From contig JBJYWI010000013.1 of the NCBI GenBank assembly GCA_046259385.1, forward strand, positions 7,529 through 71,528: DNA of 64,000 bases, read 5' to 3'. Both the position numbers and the translations under genes were made by a program. Position 1 is the stretch's first letter. Every line of letters starts with the position of its first letter. This DNA is from Anaerolineales bacterium. Its GTDB lineage: Bacteria > Chloroflexota > Anaerolineae > Anaerolineales > UBA4823. Under the pieces are notes generated by a model that saw nothing but the letters and a program-made list of their open reading frames with translations, was not told the DNA's origin and ran no database searches. Positions 55,929 to 64,000 of the stretch are shown in pieces.

Positions 55929-57131
55929 TTACAAATTATTTAATGCCAAATCGCCCTTCAGCTTGACATTTAATACCATTAAACATGCTCCCGCCAGCGC
56001 ATTAAAGAACAGCACACCTGCTGCAATAGCCATAATGCCAGATAATCCATGGAAATCAATCCCGAACTGGTAAAGCGAAGGCGCGATCCAATCTCCAACC
56101 GCTCTCCCGATTGAGGTGCTGGAGATAAACGCCGCCATCATCGTCGCCCGTACTGCCGGCATAATCTCAGTCATCAAAGGGATTGCGCTGACAATTGTAT
56201 ATTCAAAAGTTAGATAGAAAAAGAATAATCCCACCAGCGCACCCACCAGGCTGCTTCCAAGAAAGGGGATAAAAGCAGCTACTATGCAGTTAAAGATTAA
56301 ACCAATCGCAACCGATCGGCGTTTTCCTATTCGATCAGTAGTGCCTCCAACCAAACCCTCTCCGGCAAGTTCAGACACCCCAATAACAACTGAAGCCGCC
56401 GCCAGCGCGCTGATCTGAACGCCAAAATTCCCCTCCAACCATACTCCAAACATCAAATTGACCAGCTCATTAGCTACACTGAACGTTAATCCCATCGCTA
56501 TCCCTGCCAGAGCAGGGGTGAAAGTAAATACATTCCCCAGATTCTTCCACATTTGTCTGCTCCCATCCCCCGCCGGCTTGTCCCCGGGGAGCATCCAGGC
56601 GATGACTGCAACAGCGATTCCTCCAGTTATCGTAAAAAAAGGGAATGGAGCCAGCCAACTTCCCCTGACGATCAGGAATCCAACCAATGGAATCCCAAGG
56701 ATAAAAGCCAGCGACCAGCTGAATTCTGTCAATGCCAGAACAAGGCCGCGCCTATCGTATGGGACTTTATCCCCCAGGTAGGCCTGCATTGAAGGTAAAA
56801 ATGCAAATATCCCCAGGACGGAGAATATCAGCATCATCGTAAAGGTGACAAATGATGGCTGGACCAGCATCAGGGCCATTCCAAGCGTAAACAGGAGCAA
56901 ACCCATAACCATCCCGGTCTTCCTCCCGCGCGTATCCGCAATCGTCGCCAGAAACGGGCCAAAAACGCCCGATGCTGAACGCAGCATGATCGACCTGGAC
57001 AGCATTCCGATATCCACACCCAGCCCCCGCCCGATTACAGGCAAGAATGGATATACCATCCTGACCGAAGTGTTCATAATGATCCGGATAACAATAAAAA
57101 CAAGTACCTGAAGTTTAAGTGAGTTCCTCAC
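55929..57131 (-). CDS. MFS transporter
   Basis: 400-aa ORF with about 12 TM. The MFS loop signature is IADTRGRKTG. GTG start overlaps the stop of the upstream gene (GTGA). Confidence 0.85.
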   Translation of the reverse strand: MRNSLKLQVLVFIVIRIIMNTSVRMVYPFLPVIGRGLGVDIGMLSRSIMLRSASGVFGPFLATIADTRGRKTGMVMGLLLFTLGMALMLVQPSFVTFTMMLIFSVLGIFAFLPSMQAYLGDKVPYDRRGLVLALTEFSWSLAFILGIPLVGFLIVRGSWLAPFPFFTITGGIAVAVIAWMLPGDKPAGDGSRQMWKNLGNVFTFTPALAGIAMGLTFSVANELVNLMFGVWLEGNFGVQISALAAASVVIGVSELAGEGLVGGTTDRIGKRRSVAIGLIFNCIVAAFIPFLGSSLVGALVGLFFFYLTFEYTIVSAIPLMTEIMPAVRATMMAAFISSTSIGRAVGDWIAPSLYQFGIDFHGLSGIMAIAAGVLFFNALAGACLMVLNVKLKGDLALNNL

Positions 57132-57736
57132 CTGAACCGACCCTCATAATTTCGCAATAAACCTGCCAGCGCTCCCGCCATCAATAGAGTCGCGGCAAGC
57201 AGTGAAAAGAAAAAGAGCTGGATACGGGTTGCATCCGATTCCAGGATTGGTGAACTCGGGTGCATCACATCTGGAATATTCATTATAGCGATTCCTAACA
57301 GGGTGATATAAATCAGGTTGCCGACAGATGCCCAGACTGGGTTTTCAAGAAAAGTGATCCCAATCTGAATCAAAATGCCGCCAATGGCAAAAATTACCGC
57401 CATCCGCCAACGTGGTTCAGCCAGGAACAAACCGTTCCAGTTCGTTTGCATCGCCCAGATTGAAAGCGGTAGATATGTAATCCAGAAAAATTGACCTATC
57501 CTTCCAAAAGTGCGCGACCATTTATGGAATTCTTCCTTCCTGGTCACCAGCCCGATAATCCCTACCAGACCCGCCGCTGTAAAAACCACCAGAGCTGTCC
57601 AAACCCAGGCGCCGTGCAGATAAACAATCCGCACATTCACCCCGAGAGTTTTCTCCTGCGGTCCGGTGATCGTTAAACCGGTGATTACAAACAGTAGCAG
57701 AACAATCACCCCTGTCAGTACCTTTGCGTTTCGCAT
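57128..57736 (-). CDS. Membrane protein with CcmC-like (cytochrome c assembly family) features but no Trp-rich motif
   Basis: The track ORF reaches 57796, but that extension runs through a 13-bp hairpin. I prefer ATG 57734-57736 (MRNAKVLTGVIVLLLF). VRIVYLHGAWVW resembles CcmC YRIIYLHVPAAIW. IMNIPDVMHPS resembles CcmC VNLPIIHYS. Where CcmC has WGxWWxWDxRL, this protein has WNGLFLAEPRW. The comparison is from my memory of E. coli CcmC. Confidence 0.45.
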   Translation of the reverse strand: MRNAKVLTGVIVLLLFVITGLTITGPQEKTLGVNVRIVYLHGAWVWTALVVFTAAGLVGIIGLVTRKEEFHKWSRTFGRIGQFFWITYLPLSIWAMQTNWNGLFLAEPRWRMAVIFAIGGILIQIGITFLENPVWASVGNLIYITLLGIAIMNIPDVMHPSSPILESDATRIQLFFFSLLAATLLMAGALAGLLRNYEGRFR

Positions 57737-57754
57737 GTTGTCCCTGTTGCAGAT

Positions 57755-57797
57755 CAAAACACAGTGACAAATGCTACCAAGAAAAGCATTTGTCACT
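57755..57797 (-). terminator. Strong hairpin downstream of hutU (probable terminator or attenuator)
   Basis: Perfect 13-bp stem agtgacaaatgct (57763-57775) / agcatttgtcact (57785-57797) with a 9-nt loop. On the minus strand it is followed by GTGTTTTG. It lies 49 nt after the hutU stop. Confidence 0.55.
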
Positions 57798-57845
57798 ATC
57801 AGTAGAAATAATGGCTGAAATTGTACCGTATGACCTGAAAAAGTT

Positions 57846-59501
57846 TCAGGTTTTCAACATTGGCATTTTTATCCCGTGTTGTTTTGCAGCCAAGATTGCT
57901 TCTTCATAACCCGCATCCGCATGCCGTACAATCCCCAACCCCGGATCTGTGGTCAGCACCCTTTCCAACCTCTTCGCCGCCTGAGGGGTTCCATCAGCAA
58001 CAATCACCTGGCCAGCATGCTGGCTGAAACCAATGCCAACTCCTCCTCCATGATGAAATGAAACCCATGTTGCTCCGCCAACCGCGTTTATCATCGCATT
58101 TAATATCGCCCAGTCGCTGATGGCATCAGAGCCGTCTTTCATCCCTTCCGTTTCACGGTTGGGGGAAGCCACCGAACCCGCGTCAAGATGATCCCGACCG
58201 ATTACAATTGGCGCTTTCAACGTGCCGTCGGCGACCATCTGATTAAACCGTAATCCTGCGTCGCGCCGTTCGCCGTAACCGAGCCAGCATATGCGGGCAG
58301 GCAATCCCTGGAAAGGCACCTGCTCTCGGGCTAAACGCAGCCAGCGCTTCAGGTGCTCATCTTCCGGAAACAGCTCCATCACAGCTTCATCTGTTCGGTA
58401 GATATCCTGTGGGTCCCCCGAAAGTGCAACCCACCTGAATGGTCCTTTTCCATGGCAAAAAAGCGGTCTGATATATGCCGGGACAAAACCAGGGAAATCG
58501 AATGCATTCTCCACCCCGGCATCGAAAGCCCTCTGGCGGATATTGTTTCCGTAGTCAAATACCTCCGCTCCGGATTTTTGAAAATCTAGCATCGCCCGGA
58601 CATGCTGCACAATCGATTCGACTGCCAGCTTTCTATAATGCTCAGGGTCATTTCTGCGCAGCTCATCCGCCTGCTGCATATCAACTCCACTGGGTATGTA
58701 CATCATGACATCATGGGCAGGTGTCTGGTCGGTCACCACATCCGGAATCACACCGCGCATGTGTAATTCGGGATAAATATCCGCCGCATTTCCAATTAAA
58801 CCGATAGACTTTGGCTCTTCCCGTTCAACGGATTCTTCCACAACAGTCATGGCTTCTTCCAGGGTATCTACCACAACATCCACATAGCCGACCTCTAACC
58901 TGCGCATGGCGCGGTCAGGATCCACTTCAACAATCAACCCTACCCCTTCGTTCATTTTTATCGCCAGGGGCTGAGCACCGCCCATTCCTCCCAGGCCTGC
59001 CGATAATACAAACCTGCCCCGCAACGAGGCCCAGTTGCGCTTGCGGGCTATCGCCCCGATCGTCTCGTAAGTGCCCTGCAGAATCCCCTGTGTGCCGATG
59101 TATATCCATGAACCAGCAGTCATTTGACCGTACATAATCAAGCCGCGCTGCATGAGCTCGTCGAAATTCTCCTGAGTCGCCCAGTGCGGGACTAGGTTCG
59201 AATTCGCAATCAAAACCCGCGGTGCATCCGGATGGGTCTTGAATACCGCCACTGGTTTGCCCGACTGCACAAGAAGCGTTTCATAGTCCTCCAGTTCACG
59301 CAGTGTGACCAGAATCTTCTCGAAAGATTCCCAGTTTCGGGCGGCCTGGCCTCTTCCCCCGTATACAACCAGATTTGCAGGGTCTTCAGCAACCTCCGGA
59401 TCCAGATTGTTCTGTATCATGCGGTAGGCTGCTTCGGTTTGCCAGGATTTACAGACCATTTCAGATCCTCTGGGAGATCTGATTATTCTAATTTCTGACA
59501 T
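57846..59501 (-). CDS. hutU: Urocanate hydratase
   Basis: The track ORF starts at TTG 59513. I prefer ATG 59499-59501 ([12 protein letters not shown]), with GGAGGA 6 nt upstream. [12 protein letters not shown] and overall colinearity with HutU (about 550 aa). Confidence 0.95.
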   Translation of the reverse strand: MSEIRIIRSPRGSEMVCKSWQTEAAYRMIQNNLDPEVAEDPANLVVYGGRGQAARNWESFEKILVTLRELEDYETLLVQSGKPVAVFKTHPDAPRVLIANSNLVPHWATQENFDELMQRGLIMYGQMTAGSWIYIGTQGILQGTYETIGAIARKRNWASLRGRFVLSAGLGGMGGAQPLAIKMNEGVGLIVEVDPDRAMRRLEVGYVDVVVDTLEEAMTVVEESVEREEPKSIGLIGNAADIYPELHMRGVIPDVVTDQTPAHDVMMYIPSGVDMQQADELRRNDPEHYRKLAVESIVQHVRAMLDFQKSGAEVFDYGNNIRQRAFDAGVENAFDFPGFVPAYIRPLFCHGKGPFRWVALSGDPQDIYRTDEAVMELFPEDEHLKRWLRLAREQVPFQGLPARICWLGYGERRDAGLRFNQMVADGTLKAPIVIGRDHLDAGSVASPNRETEGMKDGSDAISDWAILNAMINAVGGATWVSFHHGGGVGIGFSQHAGQVIVADGTPQAAKRLERVLTTDPGLGIVRHADAGYEEAILAAKQHGIKMPMLKT

Positions 59502-59524
59502 ACTTTCCTCCAATTAAATCAACG

Positions 59525-59557
59525 GCCCCTCTTGTTTGATTATACGCCAAGAGGGGC
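59525..59557 (-). promoter_or_regulatory. GC-rich hairpin in the rrf2-hutU spacer (rrf2 terminator or hutU leader element)
   Basis: 10-bp stem gcccctcttg (59525-59534) / caagaggggc (59548-59557) with a 13-nt loop. On the minus strand it is followed by CGTTGATTT, then the hutU Shine-Dalgarno sequence. Confidence 0.3.
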
Positions 59558-59706
59558 AAACATGCGGTAAAAAACCAAAAAAAGCCAATCAGCGAGTGTT
59601 TAACTAGGCTTTGTTCAATACTAAAATCAAACACCTGCGGGTTTGATTAGGCGGTAAGACTGCTTGGTGTGGTCTTTCTTGAATTTTTCGGTCTGCTTTT
59701 CGATTA

Positions 59707-60129
59707 TTACGCGGCAACCGGCTCTCTGCCGTTTCCGACAAATTGGTCAAAAGTGGTTGCTTTTAACCGGGAGACCAGTTGAGCCTGGGCTTCGCACCAA
59801 ATTGGCTGCAGGGGGCAGGTTTCACCGAATACACAAGCTCCGTGATTGGCTACACAGTCATTGAGCAGTATCGGTCCATCGATCGCCTCAACCACTTCGA
59901 GCAGAGAGATTTTATCCGGCACCCTTGCCAGCGACACCCCGCCGCGTGCACCCCGCGATGTTTGCAGCAGTCCAGCGACGGAGAGCTGTGACACAATTTT
60001 CGCCAAGAATGAAGGGGGGATTTTCTGTTCTTCGGCGATCTGGCTGGTTGCAGCCCTGTGCTCCGGTCCCAACTGGGCTAGATAAAGGACTGCGCGCACC
60101 GCATAATCAGCTTGACGAGTAATCTGCAT
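59707..60129 (-). CDS. Rrf2 family transcriptional regulator (Cys-containing, IscR/NsrR-like)
   Basis: 140-aa ORF. MQITRQADYAVRAVLYLAQ is the wHTH. The cysteine cluster is CVANHGACVFGETCPLQPIW. Confidence 0.85.
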   Translation of the reverse strand: MQITRQADYAVRAVLYLAQLGPEHRAATSQIAEEQKIPPSFLAKIVSQLSVAGLLQTSRGARGGVSLARVPDKISLLEVVEAIDGPILLNDCVANHGACVFGETCPLQPIWCEAQAQLVSRLKATTFDQFVGNGREPVAA

Positions 60130-60429
60130 AAAAAAACTCCATTTTCAAATAAGGTTATTTGGATAGGATTTATTTCGATTATTTTAGATTGTTTTTAGCA
60201 TATTCACAAGTGACAGAGGTCATTCCATAGGGATGACTGTTATCTATAACTTATGATTATCATCTTTTTTGTACGAATAACCCAAAAATAATGATTTAAG
60301 ATATGGTAATATTGGCGGGCGAGGAAAGGTGAAGGTCACACCCAAATATGGGTCCCAGGTTTTTAAGGATTGGACACAATTAACCATGATTTTCCTGGCA
60401 ATTATTGACTTTTTTAGGAGAATCTAATT

Positions 60430-61776
60430 ATGAAGCAGATTTGTGTGGTCGGTGTCGGTTACGTGGGGCTTGTTACGGCAGCGTGCTTTTCTGACCTCGG
60501 AAATCGGGTAATCGCTCTCGATATCGCAGAAGAGAAAATTAAAGGTCTCAAAAAAGGGGAAATGCCGATTTACGAACCAGGCTTGAAAGAGCTGGTAGAA
60601 CGCAATGTAGAAGCGAGGCGGCTCTCATTCACAACCTCATATGCAAAAGGCTTAGACGGAACCGAATTTGTCTTCATCGCAGTTGGAACTCCCTCCGGGG
60701 TTGACGGCGAAGCGGACTTGCGCTACGTCGCATCTGCAGCAGAAACAATCGCTCGGGAAATGCAAGCCCCTTTGATCATTATTAATAAATCAACCGTGCC
60801 CGTGGGTACCGGAGATTGGGTGGCAGATATTGTGCGCGATAACCAGCCGAAGCCGGTCGATTTCTCAGTCGTTTCCTGTCCGGAGTTCCTGCGGGAAGGT
60901 GCCGCAATTAGCGATTTTATGAACCCGCACCGCACTGTGCTGGGTTCTTTGGATCGGGAAGCAGCCGAAAAAGTTGCCCAGCTGCATCTGCCCCTGCGTG
61001 CCCCTATTGTAATCACCGACCTGCGCACTGCCGAAATGATTAAGTACGCCTCCAACGCATTCCTGGCGACCAAAATATCCTTTATTAATGAGATAGCTAA
61101 CATCTGTGAGGAACTTGGTGCAGATGTCAAGGAAGTCGCAGTCGGGATGGGATATGACAAGCGAATCGGACCGCTATTCCTGGATGCAGGGCTCGGTTAC
61201 GGAGGTTCCTGTTTTCCAAAGGATGTAAAAGCGCTCTCGTTTATGGCCGCAGAAAAAGGAAGGCATCCCCAACTGCTCCACGCGGTAATGGAAATTAATG
61301 ATGACCGCCGTCCAATGGCGGTAAACCGGATTATGGAAATGCTTGGCAGCCTCAAAGGAAAGCGGATTGGGCTGCTGGGCCTATCATTCAAACCAAACAC
61401 GGACGATATGCGCGATGCGCCTTCCATAGATATAGCCAATTCTCTTCGGGTAGCCGGGGCATCCGTCCGGGCATTCGACCCAGTGGCTATGGAAGTTGCG
61501 CGTTCGATACTGCCGGAGGTGGAAATGTTCCCGGACGTGTACTCGATGGCAGATGGTTGTGATGCATTGATGGTTGTCACTGACTGGAATGAATTTAAAC
61601 ACCTCGACCTGCAGCAGATCCGCGGATTGTTAAAACAGCCAATAATTTTCGACGGCCGCAATATTTACGATCCGGAGACCATGAACGAATTAGGGTTTCA
61701 CTACCGCGGCCTAGGGCGTGGTTATGATGGAAGGAAAGCAAAACGACAAGAAAACGTCGAACTCGCCCCGGCGTGA
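60430..61776 (+). CDS. ugd: UDP-glucose 6-dehydrogenase
   Basis: 448-aa [25 protein letters not shown] is the NAD fold and GGSCFPKDV holds the catalytic Cys. AGGAGA lies 8 nt upstream. Confidence 0.9.
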   Translation: MKQICVVGVGYVGLVTAACFSDLGNRVIALDIAEEKIKGLKKGEMPIYEPGLKELVERNVEARRLSFTTSYAKGLDGTEFVFIAVGTPSGVDGEADLRYVASAAETIAREMQAPLIIINKSTVPVGTGDWVADIVRDNQPKPVDFSVVSCPEFLREGAAISDFMNPHRTVLGSLDREAAEKVAQLHLPLRAPIVITDLRTAEMIKYASNAFLATKISFINEIANICEELGADVKEVAVGMGYDKRIGPLFLDAGLGYGGSCFPKDVKALSFMAAEKGRHPQLLHAVMEINDDRRPMAVNRIMEMLGSLKGKRIGLLGLSFKPNTDDMRDAPSIDIANSLRVAGASVRAFDPVAMEVARSILPEVEMFPDVYSMADGCDALMVVTDWNEFKHLDLQQIRGLLKQPIIFDGRNIYDPETMNELGFHYRGLGRGYDGRKAKRQENVELAPA

Positions 61777-62680
61777 CATCGATTCAACCTCACCCCGGGT
61801 AATTGATTACGAGGGTTCAGATTACCAGACCAGTTTTTGGGAACAGGGCGGGCGTGATTATGAAGATAAAGTTGAAGAAGTGGCACTCCAAAGGCTACTG
61901 CCCGAAAAAGGAGGCCTGCTGCTTGAACTTGGGGCGGGAGCTGGTCGCAACACATCCCGTTATATAAACTTTGAGCGAATCGTCCTTCTGGACTATTCGT
62001 TTACCCAGCTCAAGGCTGCCCAAAACCGCCTCGGTCTTGGCAGCCGTTACATTTATGTGGCTGCGGATGTGTACCAGCTGCCATTTGTATCCGCTCTGTT
62101 TGATTTCGCAACCATGATCCGGACTATTCACCATCTGGTCGATCCAGACCGCGCTCTCGCTCAGGTCCACAGGGTGCTGGCTGAAAAGGCTGGTTTTATC
62201 CTCGAATACGCCAACAAACAAAACCTGAAGGCAATCTTCCGTTACCTTGCAGGCAGGCAGTCTTGGAGTCCCTTTACGATGGATCCGGTGGAATTTGTTG
62301 AACTTAATTTTAATTTTCACCCGAAGGCAATCCGAAAGTGGCTTCAGGAAAACCAATTCCAGATCGAACGCCAGCTCACAGTTTCCCACTTCAGGATAAA
62401 CACTCTCAAGCGCCTCCTCCCGCAGATTCTGCTGGTCAGGATGGATTCCTGGGCTCAGTTAACCGGCGACCTGTGGCAGTTAAGCCCAAGCGTTTTCGTC
62501 AAATCGATTGCGACTGGAACAGCAGATCCCCCCCAGCCGGGCGCTTTCTTTTTATGTCCCGCATGTGGTCATGAACCGCTCGAAGATACCCCGACCTACT
62601 GCCTCTGCTCCCATTGCGGGCAGAGATGGCCGATTAAAGACGGAATTTACGATTTTCGAATCCAATCTTCCGGTGGCTGA
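61718..62680 (+). CDS. Class I SAM-dependent methyltransferase with a C-terminal Trm112-like zinc ribbon
   Basis: 320-aa ORF. Motif [17 protein letters not shown]. The C-terminus is CPACGHE...[17 protein letters not shown]. The start is uncertain (GTG 61718 or ATG 61724/61727); all candidates overlap the ugd 3' end. Confidence 0.75.
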   Translation: MVMMEGKQNDKKTSNSPRRDIDSTSPRVIDYEGSDYQTSFWEQGGRDYEDKVEEVALQRLLPEKGGLLLELGAGAGRNTSRYINFERIVLLDYSFTQLKAAQNRLGLGSRYIYVAADVYQLPFVSALFDFATMIRTIHHLVDPDRALAQVHRVLAEKAGFILEYANKQNLKAIFRYLAGRQSWSPFTMDPVEFVELNFNFHPKAIRKWLQENQFQIERQLTVSHFRINTLKRLLPQILLVRMDSWAQLTGDLWQLSPSVFVKSIATGTADPPQPGAFFLCPACGHEPLEDTPTYCLCSHCGQRWPIKDGIYDFRIQSSGG

Positions 62681-62699
62681 TTGCTCTTCCCGCCCTGTG

Positions 62700-63473
62700 T
62701 CACCTGGAGGGTTTTTCCATTACCAAGAAATGCGAAAGCCCAAAAACTTGCAGAGGCGTCCCTTCCAGCCACTGCATCACAGAGCGCAGCAGGCTGCCAA
62801 ATCTGGGATGCCGGGCAATAATATTGTCATACGCTCCAAATATCACCCGCTTTTCCACGACCTGCACATCCAACCCTTCCCATAACTCCAGCAAGTCCCG
62901 GCTGCTGTAAACCCGCACATGCGGCGCTAGCCTGTCCCGTATTTTTCCGGGAAGGTAGTTAACCAGCGGGATATTGCCAAACCGGTAATTTCCACGCCAG
63001 AAAATCCCATGGGTCTCGAAAGGATAACCTCGGTTAGGTGCAAACAATACAATCCGTCCACCGGGGCGCAAACAACGTGCCATTTCTCTGGCAGCCAGCC
63101 GGTCATCCTGGACATGCTCTATGACTTCGTGGCTGAGGATGAGATCAAACTTTCCCCCAGAAAACGGGAGTTGTTCCCCTTTTCCATTGATAATTGAGGC
63201 GTTGGACAAAGATTTTACTCTCTGTAATGCCTGAACAGCCCGCTCAAGGTCAAATTCCAAACCAACAACTTCCAGCGAGTACCGTGCAAGATGTTCCACA
63301 TAGATCCCGACCCCGCATCCGTTTTCAAGAACAGCCCCATTTTGAAATAAATCCCCCCCTGCTTCAAGCATCATCTCAAGGCGGCGTTCCTGGCCCGCCC
63401 GCCATACGTAAGAAGGCTCACCGCGCAGCGCGGCTTTATCCTGGTTATTCACCCCATCTGGCATAAAGTTCAT
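62700..63473 (-). CDS. Class I SAM-dependent methyltransferase
   Basis: The track ORF reaches 63530. I prefer ATG 63471-63473 (MNFMPDG) or ATG 63462-63464, which reduces the overlap with ubiX to 29 or 20 nt. Motif I VLENGCGVGIYVEHLA; DLILSHEVIEH. Confidence 0.75.
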   Translation of the reverse strand: MNFMPDGVNNQDKAALRGEPSYVWRAGQERRLEMMLEAGGDLFQNGAVLENGCGVGIYVEHLARYSLEVVGLEFDLERAVQALQRVKSLSNASIINGKGEQLPFSGGKFDLILSHEVIEHVQDDRLAAREMARCLRPGGRIVLFAPNRGYPFETHGIFWRGNYRFGNIPLVNYLPGKIRDRLAPHVRVYSSRDLLELWEGLDVQVVEKRVIFGAYDNIIARHPRFGSLLRSVMQWLEGTPLQVFGLSHFLVMEKPSR

Positions 63474-64000
63474 TCTCAATTCCCAGTCTCGCCAGCACCC
63501 TGCCGACAATATTGTCGATGACCTCCTCAAGCGACCCTGGTTTTGTATAAAATGCCGGTACCGGTGGGAAGATAACCGCGCCTGCCTCGGACGCTAATAA
63601 CATATTACGCAGGTGTCCTCGGTGCAGCGGTGATTCGCGCACGACCAAAACAAGCGGACGCCCTTCTTTCAGGGTCACATCCCCAGTTCTGGAGATCAGA
63701 TCCTGAGAATACGAATTTGCCACTGCAGACAAGGTTTTTATCGAACACGGTACCACCACCATCCCGGAAGTTACAAACGATCCGGATGCGATTGTTGCCC
63801 CGATATCTGTGAATTGGTAATGAAAATCCGCCAGGTCAACTACATCCTCAAAACTCCATTTAGTCTCCTGAGTCATTGTTTTCCGCGCCGATGGGGAAAC
63901 CACCAGGTGTGTCTCCACAGACCTGGTCTTTAGATATTCCAACAACCGGATGCCGAGGATAACGCCGGATGCGCCGCTGATTCCAACGATAAGGCGCTCT
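63445..64000 (-). CDS. ubiX: Flavin prenyltransferase UbiX; the 5' end runs off the window
   Basis: The frame stays open to the window edge. My translation of 63946-64000 gives ERLIVGISGASGVILGIRLLEYLK (the UbiX N-terminal FMN-binding motif), joining the track ORF. VVPCSIKTLSAVANSYSQDLISR also matches. Confidence 0.9.
   Translation of the reverse strand, partial: ERLIVGISGASGVILGIRLLEYLKTRSVETHLVVSPSARKTMTQETKWSFEDVVDLADFHYQFTDIGATIASGSFVTSGMVVVPCSIKTLSAVANSYSQDLISRTGDVTLKEGRPLVLVVRESPLHRGHLRNMLLASEAGAVIFPPVPAFYTKPGSLEEVIDNIVGRVLARLGIENELYARWGE

Noticed and set aside
57737-57796. N-terminal 20-codon extension of the CcmC-like ORF
   Set aside because: The extension runs through a perfect 13-bp hairpin that looks like the hutU terminator. 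The internal ATG gives a normal positively charged N-terminus followed by TM1.
1-64000. Search for CRISPR arrays, rRNA, tRNA, prophage or integrase genes, and toxin-antitoxin or classic defence cassettes
   Set aside because: I saw no regularly spaced direct repeats in any intergenic gap. No cas, RT, integrase or restriction-type proteins appear among the translated ORFs. All larger non-coding gaps (28779-29510, 30876-31256, 38972-39420, 60130-60429) lack tRNA-like cloverleaf signatures. This was a by-eye scan, so a short or degenerate element could be missed.

Overview
This is a dense, mostly housekeeping 64-kb chromosomal segment. It contains the dnaA locus (dnaK, then a 730-bp AT-rich ORF-free gap, then dnaA), so it is probably origin-proximal. 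I call about 52 protein-coding genes. Two run off the window edges: lutB on the left and ubiX on the right. I also call one degraded IS3-family element, one small disrupted gene, and a few hairpin terminators and regulatory candidates. I found no rRNA, tRNA, CRISPR array, prophage, integrase or intact mobile element. Gene content: lactate utilisation (lutAB); an alpha-glucan phosphorylase; a fused CydDC-type ABC exporter; an OtsA/OtsB-like compatible-solute operon carrying an extra GT4 and a GH63/MGH-like hydrolase; polysaccharide genes (bi-domain oxidoreductase, heparinase II/III-like, GT4, GT2, ugd); a membrane-protein/selA/pepP/tsaD operon; dnaK, dnaA, ftsK, rnz and hutU; several class I methyltransferases; and LysM/PD40 envelope proteins. 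The protein flavour (Thr/Pro-linker LysM proteins, bi-domain oxidoreductase, fused CydDC) reminds me of Chloroflexota (Anaerolineae-like), but that is an impression, not a test. I do not see a clear-cut novel defence or mobile system in this window. Four items are most worth a second look. (i) The five-gene solute operon with the extra GT4. (ii) An orphan 833-aa HerA/FtsK-like ATPase with a long coiled-coil tail. (iii) A CcmC-like membrane protein that keeps the His-containing motifs but lacks the Trp-rich signature and is translationally coupled to an MFS transporter. (iv) The dnaK-dnaA intergenic region, which is a candidate oriC without E. coli-type DnaA boxes. All functional calls come from reading motifs in the supplied translations; no database search was run.
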